A stretch of 64,000 nucleotides of DNA from Candidatus Poribacteria bacterium (GTDB lineage: Bacteria; Poribacteria; WGA-4E; WGA-3G): positions 384,001 through 448,000 of the forward strand of contig CAXXUA010000004.1 of NCBI GenBank assembly GCA_963663765.2, in the 5' to 3' direction. Of this stretch, positions 9,672-21,744 are shown in pieces (position 1 is the stretch's first letter; each line of letters starts with the position of its first letter). Below the pieces are notes generated by a model. It saw only the letters and a program-made list of their open reading frames with translations, did not search any database and was not told where the DNA came from. Position numbers and translations under genes: made by a program.

Positions 9672-10961
9672 ATGTCAGATTCAATCGAAGGTAGAATGAT
9701 TTGTTCATTCTGTAATAGAGAACGCAGCCAAGTCGGTGAACTGCTTCAGGGTAACGATGCGATGATTTGCAATATTTGCGTTGATCAATGCAATAGGTTG
9801 CTAACAAAGGGAAATCCTTCTTTAGATATACCGGAATCACCACCTGAAGCTGAAGAGCAGGAGGAGGAAGAACTTGAACCACCTGTGCTACTTCTTGATC
9901 CGTCGGAGATTAAGTCAAAACTTGATGAGTATGTAATCGGACAAGAACATGCGAAAAAAATCCTATCAGTTGCAGTTTACACACACTATAAACGATTACA
10001 GCATGAAAACACCAATGAAATTGAATTAGACAAAAGCAACATTCTTCTGATTGGACCGACAGGTACAGGTAAGACACTGCTTGCAGAAACCCTTGCGAAA
10101 GTTCTGAACGTGCCTTTTGCTATAGCTGATGCGACAACAGTTACGGAAGCGGGTTATGTTGGTGAAGACGTAGAGAACATTATCCTTAAGCTCGTTCAAG
10201 CGGCAGATGGTAACATTAAGCGTGCGCAAACGGGTATTATCTATATAGATGAGATTGACAAGATTACACGCAAATCCGAAAATCCATCTATAACTCGGGA
10301 TGTGTCCGGTGAAGGTGTTCAGCAGGCATTATTGAAGATTTTGGAGGGAACACTTGCAAATGTGCCTCCCCGTGGTGGCAGAAAACATCCCCATCAAGAA
10401 ATGCTTCAAGTTGATACTAAAGATGTTTTATTCATCTGTGGTGGTACCTTTATCGGTTTGGAAAACATTGTGAAGAATCGTATGGGTAGACAGAGCATTG
10501 GTTTTGGTTCAGAAATAAAAACTAAGGACAATAAGAAAGTCCACGAAGTTTTGGAACATGTAACTGCCAAGGACTTAACGAGGTATGGATTTATACCTGA
10601 ACTCATAGGTAGATTACCCGTTGTTGCTAATCTACATGAATTGGATGAACCTGCGCTCGTTAGAATTCTTACGGAACCGAAGAACGCGCTTGTCAAACAG
10701 TATCAGCAACTTTTGGCGTATGAAGGTGTGCAATTTGATGTAACTGATAGAGCCCTTTCTGCTATTGCGCACCAAGTCATAGAACGTGAAACGGGTGCTC
10801 GTGGTTTGCGAGCAGTCTTGGAAAGGATAATGTTGGAAACCATGTATAAGATTCCATCACTGTCGGAAGTACAAGCGTGTCAGATAACTGAAGATAACGT
10901 ATTAGGTAATAGTCCACCAGAGTTGATTATCAAGCCATCTGAAGTTCTTAAAACAGCGTAA
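9672..10961 (+). CDS. clpX: ATP-dependent Clp protease ATP-binding subunit
   Basis: CSFC..CNIC zinc finger, [22 protein letters not shown] loop; ATG 9672 after GGAGG. Confidence 0.98.
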   Translation: MSDSIEGRMICSFCNRERSQVGELLQGNDAMICNICVDQCNRLLTKGNPSLDIPESPPEAEEQEEEELEPPVLLLDPSEIKSKLDEYVIGQEHAKKILSVAVYTHYKRLQHENTNEIELDKSNILLIGPTGTGKTLLAETLAKVLNVPFAIADATTVTEAGYVGEDVENIILKLVQAADGNIKRAQTGIIYIDEIDKITRKSENPSITRDVSGEGVQQALLKILEGTLANVPPRGGRKHPHQEMLQVDTKDVLFICGGTFIGLENIVKNRMGRQSIGFGSEIKTKDNKKVHEVLEHVTAKDLTRYGFIPELIGRLPVVANLHELDEPALVRILTEPKNALVKQYQQLLAYEGVQFDVTDRALSAIAHQVIERETGARGLRAVLERIMLETMYKIPSLSEVQACQITEDNVLGNSPPELIIKPSEVLKTA

Positions 10962-10972
10962 AGGAGCAAACC

Positions 10973-13477
10973 ATGAACAGTGAATCTGGAAAAATAGCCA
11001 ACGTAACAGATATGTCTCTACCTGTTATAGCATTACCAACAGATTTTGATATTTTTTATCCAAGAACTAAAGTTATCTTTGATAACAATTTAGTAGATTG
11101 GGCACCCTTGTATATCAAACGCAAAATGGGTATCCTTGCTACGCGCGCAGCACTTGATACAGATTCTAAGATATTGCTCCTCCACCAAATAATAGAACTT
11201 GATGAAGAAGTTGAACCGACAGCAGAAGATCTACATTCTGTTGGTGTTGTTGCGAATATTATCCAAGATGTTGATCCGAAAAATGGCACACTTCGAATTG
11301 CAATTGAGACAACAAACAGAGCAAATGTTGTTGACTGTATACAAGTTGATGGTTACTTAAAGGCAGAAGTCAAAATCGTTCCTGAACATCGGGGTGATTC
11401 AGAGTCTGCTGCAAGACTTGTTAGTGCAACCAAAGGTGCTTTCCGCAATCTCATTAAAATAATACCCAATTATAGTTTTCCTGATGTTGAAAAATCCAGA
11501 CGTTTGATTCCTGAAATTGAAAGACATATACGTGACATCGTAGAACCTGGTGTTCTTGCTGACAATATTGCTCGTTTTGTCAAGTTTCCTGCTGAAAGAC
11601 GTTTAGAGATTCTTAAGGAACTCAACCCTATCAAACGTTTAAACTTGGTATGGTCACTTCTTGAAGCAGAGCTTGAGTTGCTTGATCTTGATGAAGAAAT
11701 TCAAACTGAAGTAAGTGACTCTGTGAAGAAAGCTCATCAAGAATTTCGTTTGCAGGAAGAGATGAAGGTTATTCAAAGGAAACTTGGTCGTGGTGATGAG
11801 ATTGATGAAATAGATGACTTGCGCGAACAGGTCAAAAATGCTGGTATGACTGAGGAGGCAGAGAAAAAAGCCTTGAAGGAGCTTGACAGACTTGCACAGA
11901 TACCACCGATGTCGGCAGAATCTGGTGTAATTCGGAATTATGTTGACTGGTTGCTTGCTGTGCCGTGGAAAGAACGCACTGAAAATACGATAGAACTTGG
12001 AGAAGCTGAGAAGATTTTAGATGAAGATCATTACGGGTTGGAGAAGCCGAAGACGAATGTATTAGAATACCTCGCTGTGCTAAAACTTGTTGAACAGCTC
12101 AAGGGCCCAATTCTGTGTTTAGTTGGTCCGCCGGGTGTTGGAAAAACCTCTTTAGGCAAATCCATAGCGCGTGCGACAGGTAGGAAATTCGTTCGTATGT
12201 CACTTGGTGGTGTGCGTGATGAAGCGGAGATACGTGGACATCGTCGTACTTATATTGGTGCGATACCGGGACGCATTATTCAAGGTTTGCGTGATGTGCA
12301 AACGAAAAACCCGTTATTTTTGCTTGATGAAATTGACAAACTCAGTTCTGATTGGCGTGGTGACCCTGCTTCTGCTCTTCTTGAAGTGCTTGATCCCGAA
12401 CAGAATGAGACGTTTCGTGACCACTATTTGGATGTTGAGTTTGATCTATCAGACGTTATGTTTATTACTACGGCGAATACTCGGATTACGATACCACCTG
12501 CGCTTGAAGATCGAATGGAAGTGATTGATATTCCTGGTTATACCGATTTTGAGAAACATAAAATTGCGACATTTCATCCAAACGGATTGATTCCTAAACA
12601 GTTGAAAAGTCATGGTCTGAAGGAAGATAATATTACATTTGATGATTCAGCGATATATGACATCGTCAATAAATATACGCGTGAAGCAGGTGTAAGAAGT
12701 TTGGAACGTAGTATTACGGGAGTTTGCAGAAAAATCGCAAAACAGATTGTTACAGAAGATTCACCAGATTTGCAGATTAATGTTACACCACTAAATTTGA
12801 GTGATTATCTTGGACCGCCAAAATGGACTCGCACAAAAGCACAGAAACATGATGAGGTAGGCGTGTCAACAGGAATGGTCTGGACACAGGTCGGTGGTGA
12901 TATCGTCTCAGTTGAAGCCACGCTTATGCCCGGTGAAGGTAAGCTGGATATGACAGGACAGCTCAAAGAGGTGATGCGGGAATCTGTACAAACTGCTGTA
13001 GCATATCTGCGTTCACGTGCCTCACACTATGACATCTCTAATGAAATTTTCGAAAAAAATGACATTCACATCCATATTCCTGAAGGGGCAGTACCTAAGG
13101 ATGGTCCTTCTGCAGGAATTACAGTAGCAACGGCTATTCTTAGTGCGATTACAGGGAAAAAAGTCCGCAAGGATGTGGCGATGACTGGTGAAATTACGTT
13201 ACGGGGTCATGTGCTTCCGATTGGTGGACTAAAAGAAAAAGCACTTGCAGCCTATCGGAATGGGATCGTTGACATTATAATGCCAGACGAAAATGAAAAA
13301 GACCTTGTAGATGTTCCAAATGAAATTCGTGAGAACATTAACTGGCATCAGGTTACGGATATTACACAGGTATTGGAATTAGCTTTTACAACTGATGATG
13401 AACCTGAAGTTATCACGCCAGCAACTGAAGATGTAGCCTTGCAGAATCCTGATGTTTTGGGGCAGACAGGAAATTGA
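10973..13477 (+). CDS. lon: Lon protease (endopeptidase La)
   Basis: [27 protein letters not shown] (catalytic Ser), GGLKEK. Confidence 0.98.
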   Translation: MNSESGKIANVTDMSLPVIALPTDFDIFYPRTKVIFDNNLVDWAPLYIKRKMGILATRAALDTDSKILLLHQIIELDEEVEPTAEDLHSVGVVANIIQDVDPKNGTLRIAIETTNRANVVDCIQVDGYLKAEVKIVPEHRGDSESAARLVSATKGAFRNLIKIIPNYSFPDVEKSRRLIPEIERHIRDIVEPGVLADNIARFVKFPAERRLEILKELNPIKRLNLVWSLLEAELELLDLDEEIQTEVSDSVKKAHQEFRLQEEMKVIQRKLGRGDEIDEIDDLREQVKNAGMTEEAEKKALKELDRLAQIPPMSAESGVIRNYVDWLLAVPWKERTENTIELGEAEKILDEDHYGLEKPKTNVLEYLAVLKLVEQLKGPILCLVGPPGVGKTSLGKSIARATGRKFVRMSLGGVRDEAEIRGHRRTYIGAIPGRIIQGLRDVQTKNPLFLLDEIDKLSSDWRGDPASALLEVLDPEQNETFRDHYLDVEFDLSDVMFITTANTRITIPPALEDRMEVIDIPGYTDFEKHKIATFHPNGLIPKQLKSHGLKEDNITFDDSAIYDIVNKYTREAGVRSLERSITGVCRKIAKQIVTEDSPDLQINVTPLNLSDYLGPPKWTRTKAQKHDEVGVSTGMVWTQVGGDIVSVEATLMPGEGKLDMTGQLKEVMRESVQTAVAYLRSRASHYDISNEIFEKNDIHIHIPEGAVPKDGPSAGITVATAILSAITGKKVRKDVAMTGEITLRGHVLPIGGLKEKALAAYRNGIVDIIMPDENEKDLVDVPNEIRENINWHQVTDITQVLELAFTTDDEPEVITPATEDVALQNPDVLGQTGN

Positions 13478-13520
13478 TCCATGAGTCTTGACATCATTGA
13501 AATATGGACGTTGTGAAAAG

Positions 13521-13784
13521 ATGCGAGTAGACAAATTTCTTCAAATTTCACGTCTTGTAAAACGTAGGACAGCAGCGAATACACTTTGTAGTCGTGGTAG
13601 AGTATTAGTTAATGACCATCCTGCCAAACCGGGTAAATCACTTGTAGTCGGGGATCGTATAACCATTATCTCGGATAGACACCCCACAGAAGAATCACAA
13701 GAATTAACATACAAGGTTCTTGAGATTCCTACAGGTAATGTGACTAAGAGCCGTGCTGCGACATTGTATCGTCTTGTAAAGTAG
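13521..13784 (+). CDS. S4-domain RNA-binding protein (YabO/Hsp15/RqcP-like)
   Basis: MRVDKFLQISRLVKRRTAA..GRVLVN..AKPGKSLVVGD. Confidence 0.88.
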   Translation: MRVDKFLQISRLVKRRTAANTLCSRGRVLVNDHPAKPGKSLVVGDRITIISDRHPTEESQELTYKVLEIPTGNVTKSRAATLYRLVK

Positions 13785-13833
13785 GTTTATACCCCAGTTG
13801 TTCGTCATTTCACCCAACCTCACTCAATCTAAC

Positions 13834-14937
13834 ATGCTTCCACGTATAGGGATAACGATGGGAGATGCTGCTGGCATCGGACCTGAAATTATCGTAAAAG
13901 CACTCATCAACAATAACATCTACCAAATCTGTCAACCTGTTGTCATAGGTAGTGCAACAATCATTCAACACACCTTAAGCTGGTTATCTTCAAAAGAAAC
14001 TTCATCCGAAGAATCTAAGTACTTTCCCCAAGTTTCTGTCGTCCAACCGTCAAAAGAGTTTATTACACCTTTTGGACAGATTGATGTAGTAGATGTAAAT
14101 TCGTTGAGTCCTGATGATTTTTCACTTGGGACTGTGAACTCCTACTGTGGCTTAGCAGCAATTCAGTCAATTGAGGCAGCAGTAAAACTCACGCTGGATG
14201 GCGTTCTTGATGCCATTACAACAGCACCGATATGTAAGGCATCAATACAACGGGCAGGTTCACCATACCCAGGTCACACAGAGATGCTGACAGGTTTAAC
14301 AAATATTGAAAAATCTGTCATGATGCTCAAAACATGGAATACTGAATTGTTACCTAAATCGGCGTTTGGCAAAGCTACAAAAAAAATGAACAATTCTTCT
14401 ACTAATACAACAAACTTAGTAGGAGATCTGACAGTTTCGTTTGTTACAAACCACATTCCAATTTCTGAAGTTGCACAACATATTTCATCAGAAAGAATAA
14501 TTGATGTGATTCAATTAACCCATGATGCATTAGTCCGATATGGTATTGCAGAACCGCGTTTAGTAGTAACAGGACTAAACCCGCATGCTGGTGAACAAGG
14601 TATGTTTGGTAAAGAAGAAGAGGAGACCATCTTGCCTGCAATACGACAAGCAGCGTCAGCAGGTATGCATGTTGATGGACCGTTGCCAGCAGATACTCTA
14701 TTCCAAAAGGCTTTACGCGGAGATTGGGATGCTGTTGTTGCTATGTATCATGACCAAGGCAATATACCGATTAAACTGATTGGATTTGGTAATGTCGTGA
14801 ATATCACATTAGGATTACCTATTGTACGTACAAGTGTTGACCACGGTACAGCGTTTGACATCGCTGGACAAGGTGTCGCGAGTGAATCCAGTCTACTGGC
14901 TGCTATAGATGCAGCAGCACAATTAGTGAGTTTCTGA
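13834..14937 (+). CDS. pdxA: 4-hydroxythreonine-4-phosphate dehydrogenase family protein
   Basis: ITMGDAAGIGPE, TAPICK, GHTE, GLNPHAGE, AMYHDQG, RTSVDHGTAFDIAG. Confidence 0.93.
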   Translation: MLPRIGITMGDAAGIGPEIIVKALINNNIYQICQPVVIGSATIIQHTLSWLSSKETSSEESKYFPQVSVVQPSKEFITPFGQIDVVDVNSLSPDDFSLGTVNSYCGLAAIQSIEAAVKLTLDGVLDAITTAPICKASIQRAGSPYPGHTEMLTGLTNIEKSVMMLKTWNTELLPKSAFGKATKKMNNSSTNTTNLVGDLTVSFVTNHIPISEVAQHISSERIIDVIQLTHDALVRYGIAEPRLVVTGLNPHAGEQGMFGKEEEETILPAIRQAASAGMHVDGPLPADTLFQKALRGDWDAVVAMYHDQGNIPIKLIGFGNVVNITLGLPIVRTSVDHGTAFDIAGQGVASESSLLAAIDAAAQLVSF

Positions 14938-14940
14938 TTT

Positions 14941-17900
14941 ATGGTAAAACGTTTTATAATCACTCTATTCTTATCATGCTTGTTGATGACTTTTCTGCAA
15001 GCTGAAATATACGAAAGTGTTTATTGCAACCCAACCACAGACCAATTTCAAATTTCAGATAGCCAAAACCTATCCAGTACATTATCTAACAATCTGTTAG
15101 AAGTCGTAAAGACTGAACCTCATTACATTATACTTCGATTCCAAACTCCAAAACTAAAAGTGCTAAGTCTACAACAGGATGATGAGGTATACACACAAAT
15201 AGATTTTGATGGTGCACATTGGACAACGGAATTTGGACAACCGAAACTCCCAAAATGGACGGCACAGATCGGATTGCCAGCAGTCAGTAGTGTAACAACA
15301 ACGGTGCTTCAGAAAAAGAGCTCATTTAGAAAATTACAGAATCCGATTATAACAAATGAAATAATAGATCCATTCTTTCCAGATGCACACAAGAGAGATG
15401 ATGTATCCGATAAGGCAACACAATCTACGGGAACACAGTCATCAGTTATGTACCCTGCAGAGATGCTTCAAGTTATTCCAGTGGGTTTTGTGCGATCCCA
15501 ACGTATTGGTGCTTTACACATTCATCCGATTCAATACAACAGTGCGACTAATCAGATAAAAATCACTGAAGAGATAACGTTTCGCATAGACTTTTTTGGT
15601 GCTTCAACAGATAAACGTGCACCGTTGATTTCACTAGCCCATGAGAGTCCTATTTACGAAGGAATGTTTAGGACAATGCTTGTGAACAATACGCAGTCCT
15701 TACCTTGGCGGCAGGGATTGGGTCGAATGCGTACACATGCAATTCAAGGTGCACCAGCTGCACCGACAGAAACAAGGCGTCGATTTAAGATCGCTATTAA
15801 GCAAAACGATATGTATTTCGTTAGTTATAACAACCTTGTTACAGCTGGGGTGACACCAGAAACAATAGACTTAAATAGTATTCGAGTGGAGACAGGTAGT
15901 CGTCAACAGGGATTTTATGTCTTTGATGAAAACCAAAATGAGACACTTGATCGTGGGGATAAAGTAGTCTTTTACGCACGTGGTTTACAAAGCAATAAAT
16001 TTACCGATACAAATGTCTATTGGTTCAGTTTTGACGAAAAGGGTGCTGATGTATCACAAGAAACAGAGAATATTTATCGTATTGGTATTCGTTCCGCGGC
16101 ACCAAATTCAGAAAGCAAAGCTCCGCCAACAGCATTTAAAACAAGGATACGGTATGAGAAAAACAACTTCTATGACCCGCTTGATGGCGATGATATACAG
16201 GATGTGTTGGATGACCACTTTTTCTGGACTGGATTAAGGGGTGATAATTCAGATATTAGCAGAAAACATTTCTCAGTCTTGCTTCCTCAAGCAATTCCCC
16301 GTTATGAACTTGAAGAGGATGCCACGTTACGTGTAAAACTTCAAGGTGCTTCACGTAGGAATGCAGCGCTGCATAGAGCAGTATTGTATTTTAATGATAG
16401 ACAACTCGGTAATATAGAGGAGTGGAGACGACAGAAGGATCCAATTATTACTCGATTCATACCCCAAAACAGAATATCACATGATCAGGATAACATATTG
16501 CGTTTAGATGCACTTGATAGGAACAACACGCCAGAAGGTTCTTATGACTTTTACTTAGATTGGTATGAATTTGACTATTGGCGTAATTTCCGAGCAGATT
16601 CTAATAGGTTAGAGTTTAACTCTATTACTTTACCTGCGGTTAGTGGAATGTCAAGATTCAACGTCGTCAACTTTAGCAATGAAGTTATTGATGTTTATAC
16701 TATGAATCAGAGTACAGGGGTAACTGCTAAGCTTGTAGATGGTGTTGTTTCTCGATATAGTAGTGGCTACCAAATTGCGTTTGAGGATGAAGTTTTTGGA
16801 CTTACAAATTATTTTGTAGTTGGTAGCAATAACTATCGCAGCATTACAGCATTAACTGAAGTTCCACCAAGTAGTTTACGAAATCCGACAACACAAGCTG
16901 ATTATATTGTGATAACACATGAGTCCTTTATTGAAAACATAGCACCCTTAGTAGAGTATCGACGTTCACAAGGTTTGACGGTGAAAGTTGTGGATATAGA
17001 CGAAATTTACGACGAGTTCGGTGCGGGCCTTTTTGATCCGCTTGCAATTCAGCATTTCTTGCGTTATGTCTATGATACTTGGCAGCCGCCAGCACCAACC
17101 TATGTGTTGTTAGTAGGTGATGCACATTACGACTATAAAGAGGTGATTGTAAGACGTTATGCAGAGGACCCAAACATACGTCGCACCTATAATCTATACC
17201 CCAATTTTGTACCGACCTATCATGGATGGGCTCCGGAAAGTGGCGAAACAGCGATGGATCAAAGGTTCGTTAATATCAGTGGTGTTGACCGTTTACCCGA
17301 CATGTTAATTGGTCGTCTTTCTGTTCAAACAGCATCCGAACTTAAACCGATGGTTCAAAAGATTATTGACTATGAAGTAAAACCAAGAATTGGTCCGTGG
17401 CAAGCAACCTTGGTTCAAGTTGCAGATAACGAAGTGAATAATCCTGGTGATATAAGTTTTGAATTAAGTCGGAATGAACTAATTGATGATTATATCCCAC
17501 CTGCATATAATACCAAGCAGATCTACTTACGGAAGTATGAAAATTCACAAAGAACTAAAAGCGAAATTCTGAAATCGTTCGCTGAAGGTGCTCTCGTTAT
17601 AGAATATGCGGGACACGGAGGTATCCATACATGGGCTGATGAAGGAATATTCCATATTGATAATGTCAGTAGTTTACGCAACAGTCATCTACCGTTAGTC
17701 ATTACGACGACATGTTTGAACGGGGAATTTGATAGACCGCAAGAATATGGCAATCATTGTCTAAGCGAGGCATTCTTATTGAGTAGATATGGCGCGATTT
17801 CTTCTCTTTCTGCGACCCGTCTTACTTATGCACAAGCTAATTCGGAATTCGATGATGACCTTTTTACGGCTATGTTTACGCGTATCCCTTTCGATTCGAA

Positions 17901-20900
17901 GCAAGGACCGATTGAAGTATCAAATATTCCCTTAAGCATCGGTAAAATAGTCACAGATGCCAAGATTAGATTCATCTCACGTATAATTAATAGAAGGTGG
18001 ATTCCTGGTGCTGAACAATACACTCTCTTCGGTGACCCCGCAACGCAGCTTGCCCTTCCTGGACTTGATATACGTGTGAATCTGGCAGAATTTGCACTTA
18101 ATTCCACAAAGGATATTGTTGTTTTCAACAATGAAGTTGGTAGTTATGATTCAGATGGTGTATGGTGGAAAGCTGAAGAATTTAGCACAGAAAAACTTGT
18201 TGCCTCTGCTATATTTCAAAACAATTTTGATGATGATTTGAATAATGATTTTACACTTACCAGTGATGGACGGGTTTGGCAAGGTGAATTTGGAACGATT
18301 CGGGTAGATGTCCCATCTCGAGCGATTCCGGGCAAAGGTGCAATACGTTTGTTTGCGGATGATGGTAAACGTGCTGCTGTAGGAGGAGCATTTCTGTGGG
18401 TGGACACGCCCATCATAGGTGATGTCCGTGAAGAGATAGATGCTGTAAAAGACCATATCATCAATATTCAAGTGCTTATCTTTGACGACATGGGAGGTAC
18501 TCAAGGCATACGTTCTATAGATGTCGTATGGGATGTGAACTATGCTAACGATAGTACACCAATGGTCAAAATTCCACCTCCTCCGAGCACAGGTGAACTT
18601 CCTCAAGGTGGTCAGTGGTATGAAATTCAGACTCCAATTCCATTGCCTTTACCCGGATATAGAGTAAGATATCGCATTGTTGTCACGGATACGACAGGAT
18701 TGCAAGTGGCTTATCCATCACTGTTTAAACGTGTTGATGTAATTGTCCCAGAAGGCACAAACTTGTCCGTTGGTACTGACGGTACAAGCATCGCTCCCAT
18801 ACGTTATACATTCGATAAGAACACAGAGATTTATTCTCTCACTGCAGAAATTGTAAATATTGGTGGTAGAACTGCAAAATACTCCATAGATATTGTTTTT
18901 GCGGAAGGGAATCCTGATATAGATGGTAATCTTGTTATAGATGAGGACGTTGAAGAAATAGGAAGAGTTACTATTGAACCCGATGACTGGAATGATGGTG
19001 ATACGGTCTTACAACATACTATTGCTAATCTAAAATTGAAAGAGAACCTATCAACGGGTGTGCATAATATCTATGTATTGATTGACCCAGAAGAGGACTT
19101 AGATGAGGTAATGAAGGGGAATATCGCAGAATCGAAAGAATACGACAACACCTTGAATATCACCTTTGTTGTGAACGAGTTCTTTTATGAACCGACAAAA
19201 CCTTTATATGCTTTTAGTTTAGATAGGGTTTTTGATATTGATATTCCTGCAGAGGCAGCAACGGTTGAAGGTGAACGGGTACCCTTGACGATTTCTTCAA
19301 GTGCACCGTTTAATCTAACGCAAACGTCTCTTAAATATGCTACAATTCCTCACGTTGCTGCAATTCGTAGGGGCTTGATTCGCACAGGTGAAGAATTGTC
19401 ACAACAATATGAAGTATCATTCCGCACCCCAGATGTAACCCTGAAGAAACCAGCCAAAATCAAGTTGCGTTTTGATGTCAGCAGTATAGAAAATTATGTC
19501 AGAGAGAATACTGAATGGAAAGAAGGCACTGAGTATTTTAGGGATGCTATGATTGACGAGGCGGAGAAACTGAGTCTTTATACATGGCACCCAAAATATG
19601 AAAAGTGGAGACGTTTGCCATCAAAAGTAAATTATGTTACTGAGAACGAAAGACCTGATCCTAAAAAAGAAGGACCAATATTTCTACTTGAAAATTATGT
19701 TACACCCATTGAAACTGAAAACGCGAATAAACAATTAATTCCTTTAGATAGTATCAAAATCAATCGGAATCAAACACCAGCGGGTCTTTGGGTCATAATA
19801 TTTTTGGATTCAATAGAGTTTGAAGTATATTTGAAACGTGAAGAGTTCGTTGGTTTTGCTCGATTTGATAATCCTGGTCAGCTTGACAATACGTATCGGA
19901 TAGAAAACTACGGCATCGAATTTACCATACCGAGTAGTTGGACACCCCCGCCTGGACTAAATGATGGTTCACCTATTGTTCCCTTTGAATTTGCAGACAT
20001 TCTGATTTTTGAGACTGGATATGAACAGAACGCAACAGTTTTGGAAAATGTGCGGAATCAGAATGTTGGTAACGGCACAGCCACTATTACAGCAAGGGCG
20101 GGTCCAAAAGGTGAATTTGCAGTCGGGGATTGGTTCATCTTTTTTACATCCTTTAACAGATATGAACTCCGAGATAGAACTGGAGGTACGGTTTATTTGT
20201 CTAACGATATTCCTGTTGCGGGGGTAATCAATGAGAAACTCTACGTAAGTGAACTCGGTATTGAAATACTGGTTTCACCGAGTTCTGAACCATTCGTGTT
20301 CGGTGACAAAATTAAGTTCAGTACAGCACAAGTTGCAACGATCACCGCAGAAACGAATGAACTTACACCGTTTACTCTAATAAGTAGTGATGACACAGCA
20401 GCTCCGAGTTTCAATATATGGATAGATGGTATCCAACCGCAGACTGGGAGTATCATCAAACCGCGTCCACATTTTTCTATCTTGCTTGAAGATGCTGATG
20501 GCATCAACTTAGATACGTTAGTTTTCCGTAGAGGTGACAATGGTAACACGTTGGAACCCATCACAGATTTTGTTCTGAGAAATCCAAAGAACTTAGACAC
20601 TGTTCCGATAGACTATAATCCTGTATTGTTTCCAGGGGAATATGCTTTTGAGATTGAGGCGAGTGATTTCAACGGACATGCAATTGGAGGTAAAGCTGGG
20701 AAATATCAGACACGCTTCGTAGTAATTGAGGAGCCTGATGTTGATCCTCCTGCAATAGAGATTTTTGTAAATGATGAACTTCTTCCAATAGAGGAGGTTG
20801 CATCGGGAAATGGTGGGAATAGGGTAAATTCAGAAAATAGACGTTTCACTGAACAACCAAGTTGTGAAATTAGGGTTACTGATGATATTGCGATAGACAA

Positions 20901-21435
20901 TAACCTTCTTAACATAACATTCAGTATGATATCCGAAGATGGTATTGAGATTGATCCCACGCGGCGTTATCGTGAATTTGATGCTGCTTCTTGGAATTTT
21001 GATGAGGAGAATCCACTGAATGCAGAATTCCGTTTTGCTCCGGATCTACAAAATGGGACATACCGGATTCATGTGTCAGCGACAGATTCAAGTGGGAACT
21101 TGTCGGTAGTACATGCAGATTTCATACTTGATGAAGCAGTCACTCTAAGGGATGTATTCAATGTTCCGAATCCAGTAGACAAGGGTAAGACATTTTTTAC
21201 TTATCAGTTAGCGCAACCCCCAGATAAGGTAACTATCAAGATTTACACAGTTAGCGGTCGGCTTATCAAAACAATTGCAGATGCAAGTGCAAAGCGGGGA
21301 AACAATGAAACTTTTTGGGATGGAAAGGATGGGAATGGAATTCGTTGTGCTAATGGTGTATATCTCTATCGCGTGATTGCACAAACAGAGGAAAAGACTG
21401 TACAAAAGATAGGAAAACTTGCAATACTACGGTGA
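14941..21435 (+). CDS. very large secreted C25 (gingipain/PorU-like) cysteine peptidase with propeptide, Ig-like domains and FlgD-Ig/T9SS-CTD-like C-terminus
   Basis: Signal peptide; GQPKLP propeptide; ADYIVIT, EIYDEF, YVLLVGDA, LPDMLIGRL, YAGHGG (His), TTTCLNG (Cys), YTLFGDP; C-terminal NVPNP..VTIKIYTVSGRLIK..WDGKD..NGVYLYRV. Confidence 0.88.
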   Translation: MVKRFIITLFLSCLLMTFLQAEIYESVYCNPTTDQFQISDSQNLSSTLSNNLLEVVKTEPHYIILRFQTPKLKVLSLQQDDEVYTQIDFDGAHWTTEFGQPKLPKWTAQIGLPAVSSVTTTVLQKKSSFRKLQNPIITNEIIDPFFPDAHKRDDVSDKATQSTGTQSSVMYPAEMLQVIPVGFVRSQRIGALHIHPIQYNSATNQIKITEEITFRIDFFGASTDKRAPLISLAHESPIYEGMFRTMLVNNTQSLPWRQGLGRMRTHAIQGAPAAPTETRRRFKIAIKQNDMYFVSYNNLVTAGVTPETIDLNSIRVETGSRQQGFYVFDENQNETLDRGDKVVFYARGLQSNKFTDTNVYWFSFDEKGADVSQETENIYRIGIRSAAPNSESKAPPTAFKTRIRYEKNNFYDPLDGDDIQDVLDDHFFWTGLRGDNSDISRKHFSVLLPQAIPRYELEEDATLRVKLQGASRRNAALHRAVLYFNDRQLGNIEEWRRQKDPIITRFIPQNRISHDQDNILRLDALDRNNTPEGSYDFYLDWYEFDYWRNFRADSNRLEFNSITLPAVSGMSRFNVVNFSNEVIDVYTMNQSTGVTAKLVDGVVSRYSSGYQIAFEDEVFGLTNYFVVGSNNYRSITALTEVPPSSLRNPTTQADYIVITHESFIENIAPLVEYRRSQGLTVKVVDIDEIYDEFGAGLFDPLAIQHFLRYVYDTWQPPAPTYVLLVGDAHYDYKEVIVRRYAEDPNIRRTYNLYPNFVPTYHGWAPESGETAMDQRFVNISGVDRLPDMLIGRLSVQTASELKPMVQKIIDYEVKPRIGPWQATLVQVADNEVNNPGDISFELSRNELIDDYIPPAYNTKQIYLRKYENSQRTKSEILKSFAEGALVIEYAGHGGIHTWADEGIFHIDNVSSLRNSHLPLVITTTCLNGEFDRPQEYGNHCLSEAFLLSRYGAISSLSATRLTYAQANSEFDDDLFTAMFTRIPFDSKQGPIEVSNIPLSIGKIVTDAKIRFISRIINRRWIPGAEQYTLFGDPATQLALPGLDIRVNLAEFALNSTKDIVVFNNEVGSYDSDGVWWKAEEFSTEKLVASAIFQNNFDDDLNNDFTLTSDGRVWQGEFGTIRVDVPSRAIPGKGAIRLFADDGKRAAVGGAFLWVDTPIIGDVREEIDAVKDHIINIQVLIFDDMGGTQGIRSIDVVWDVNYANDSTPMVKIPPPPSTGELPQGGQWYEIQTPIPLPLPGYRVRYRIVVTDTTGLQVAYPSLFKRVDVIVPEGTNLSVGTDGTSIAPIRYTFDKNTEIYSLTAEIVNIGGRTAKYSIDIVFAEGNPDIDGNLVIDEDVEEIGRVTIEPDDWNDGDTVLQHTIANLKLKENLSTGVHNIYVLIDPEEDLDEVMKGNIAESKEYDNTLNITFVVNEFFYEPTKPLYAFSLDRVFDIDIPAEAATVEGERVPLTISSSAPFNLTQTSLKYATIPHVAAIRRGLIRTGEELSQQYEVSFRTPDVTLKKPAKIKLRFDVSSIENYVRENTEWKEGTEYFRDAMIDEAEKLSLYTWHPKYEKWRRLPSKVNYVTENERPDPKKEGPIFLLENYVTPIETENANKQLIPLDSIKINRNQTPAGLWVIIFLDSIEFEVYLKREEFVGFARFDNPGQLDNTYRIENYGIEFTIPSSWTPPPGLNDGSPIVPFEFADILIFETGYEQNATVLENVRNQNVGNGTATITARAGPKGEFAVGDWFIFFTSFNRYELRDRTGGTVYLSNDIPVAGVINEKLYVSELGIEILVSPSSEPFVFGDKIKFSTAQVATITAETNELTPFTLISSDDTAAPSFNIWIDGIQPQTGSIIKPRPHFSILLEDADGINLDTLVFRRGDNGNTLEPITDFVLRNPKNLDTVPIDYNPVLFPGEYAFEIEASDFNGHAIGGKAGKYQTRFVVIEEPDVDPPAIEIFVNDELLPIEEVASGNGGNRVNSENRRFTEQPSCEIRVTDDIAIDNNLLNITFSMISEDGIEIDPTRRYREFDAASWNFDEENPLNAEFRFAPDLQNGTYRIHVSATDSSGNLSVVHADFILDEAVTLRDVFNVPNPVDKGKTFFTYQLAQPPDKVTIKIYTVSGRLIKTIADASAKRGNNETFWDGKDGNGIRCANGVYLYRVIAQTEEKTVQKIGKLAILR

Positions 21436-21744
21436 CGTAGTTCATTGCAGTGGTTAATATCCTGTTGGTTCAAGGATTTTTACACTTACATTGTTAACCA
21501 ATGGTCCCTTCTGGAAGTCCGAGTTACTTCACGAACAAGAGAAAATGAGGAGGCAACCCCTTTTATCAATTGGGTAACGCGTAAGTTCTGTTTATTGAGA
21601 CATAAGACAGGAAATCGGAAGAATAGAAGATTCCTCCTCGCCCGCGAGCAAGGGAGAATAGTTTTTACATTGCATAGAGTTGCACCATTTTGTGCAATCC
21701 ATTGATAAAGTGTGCATTCTGGGGCATCTCGTAGATAGTCCATT

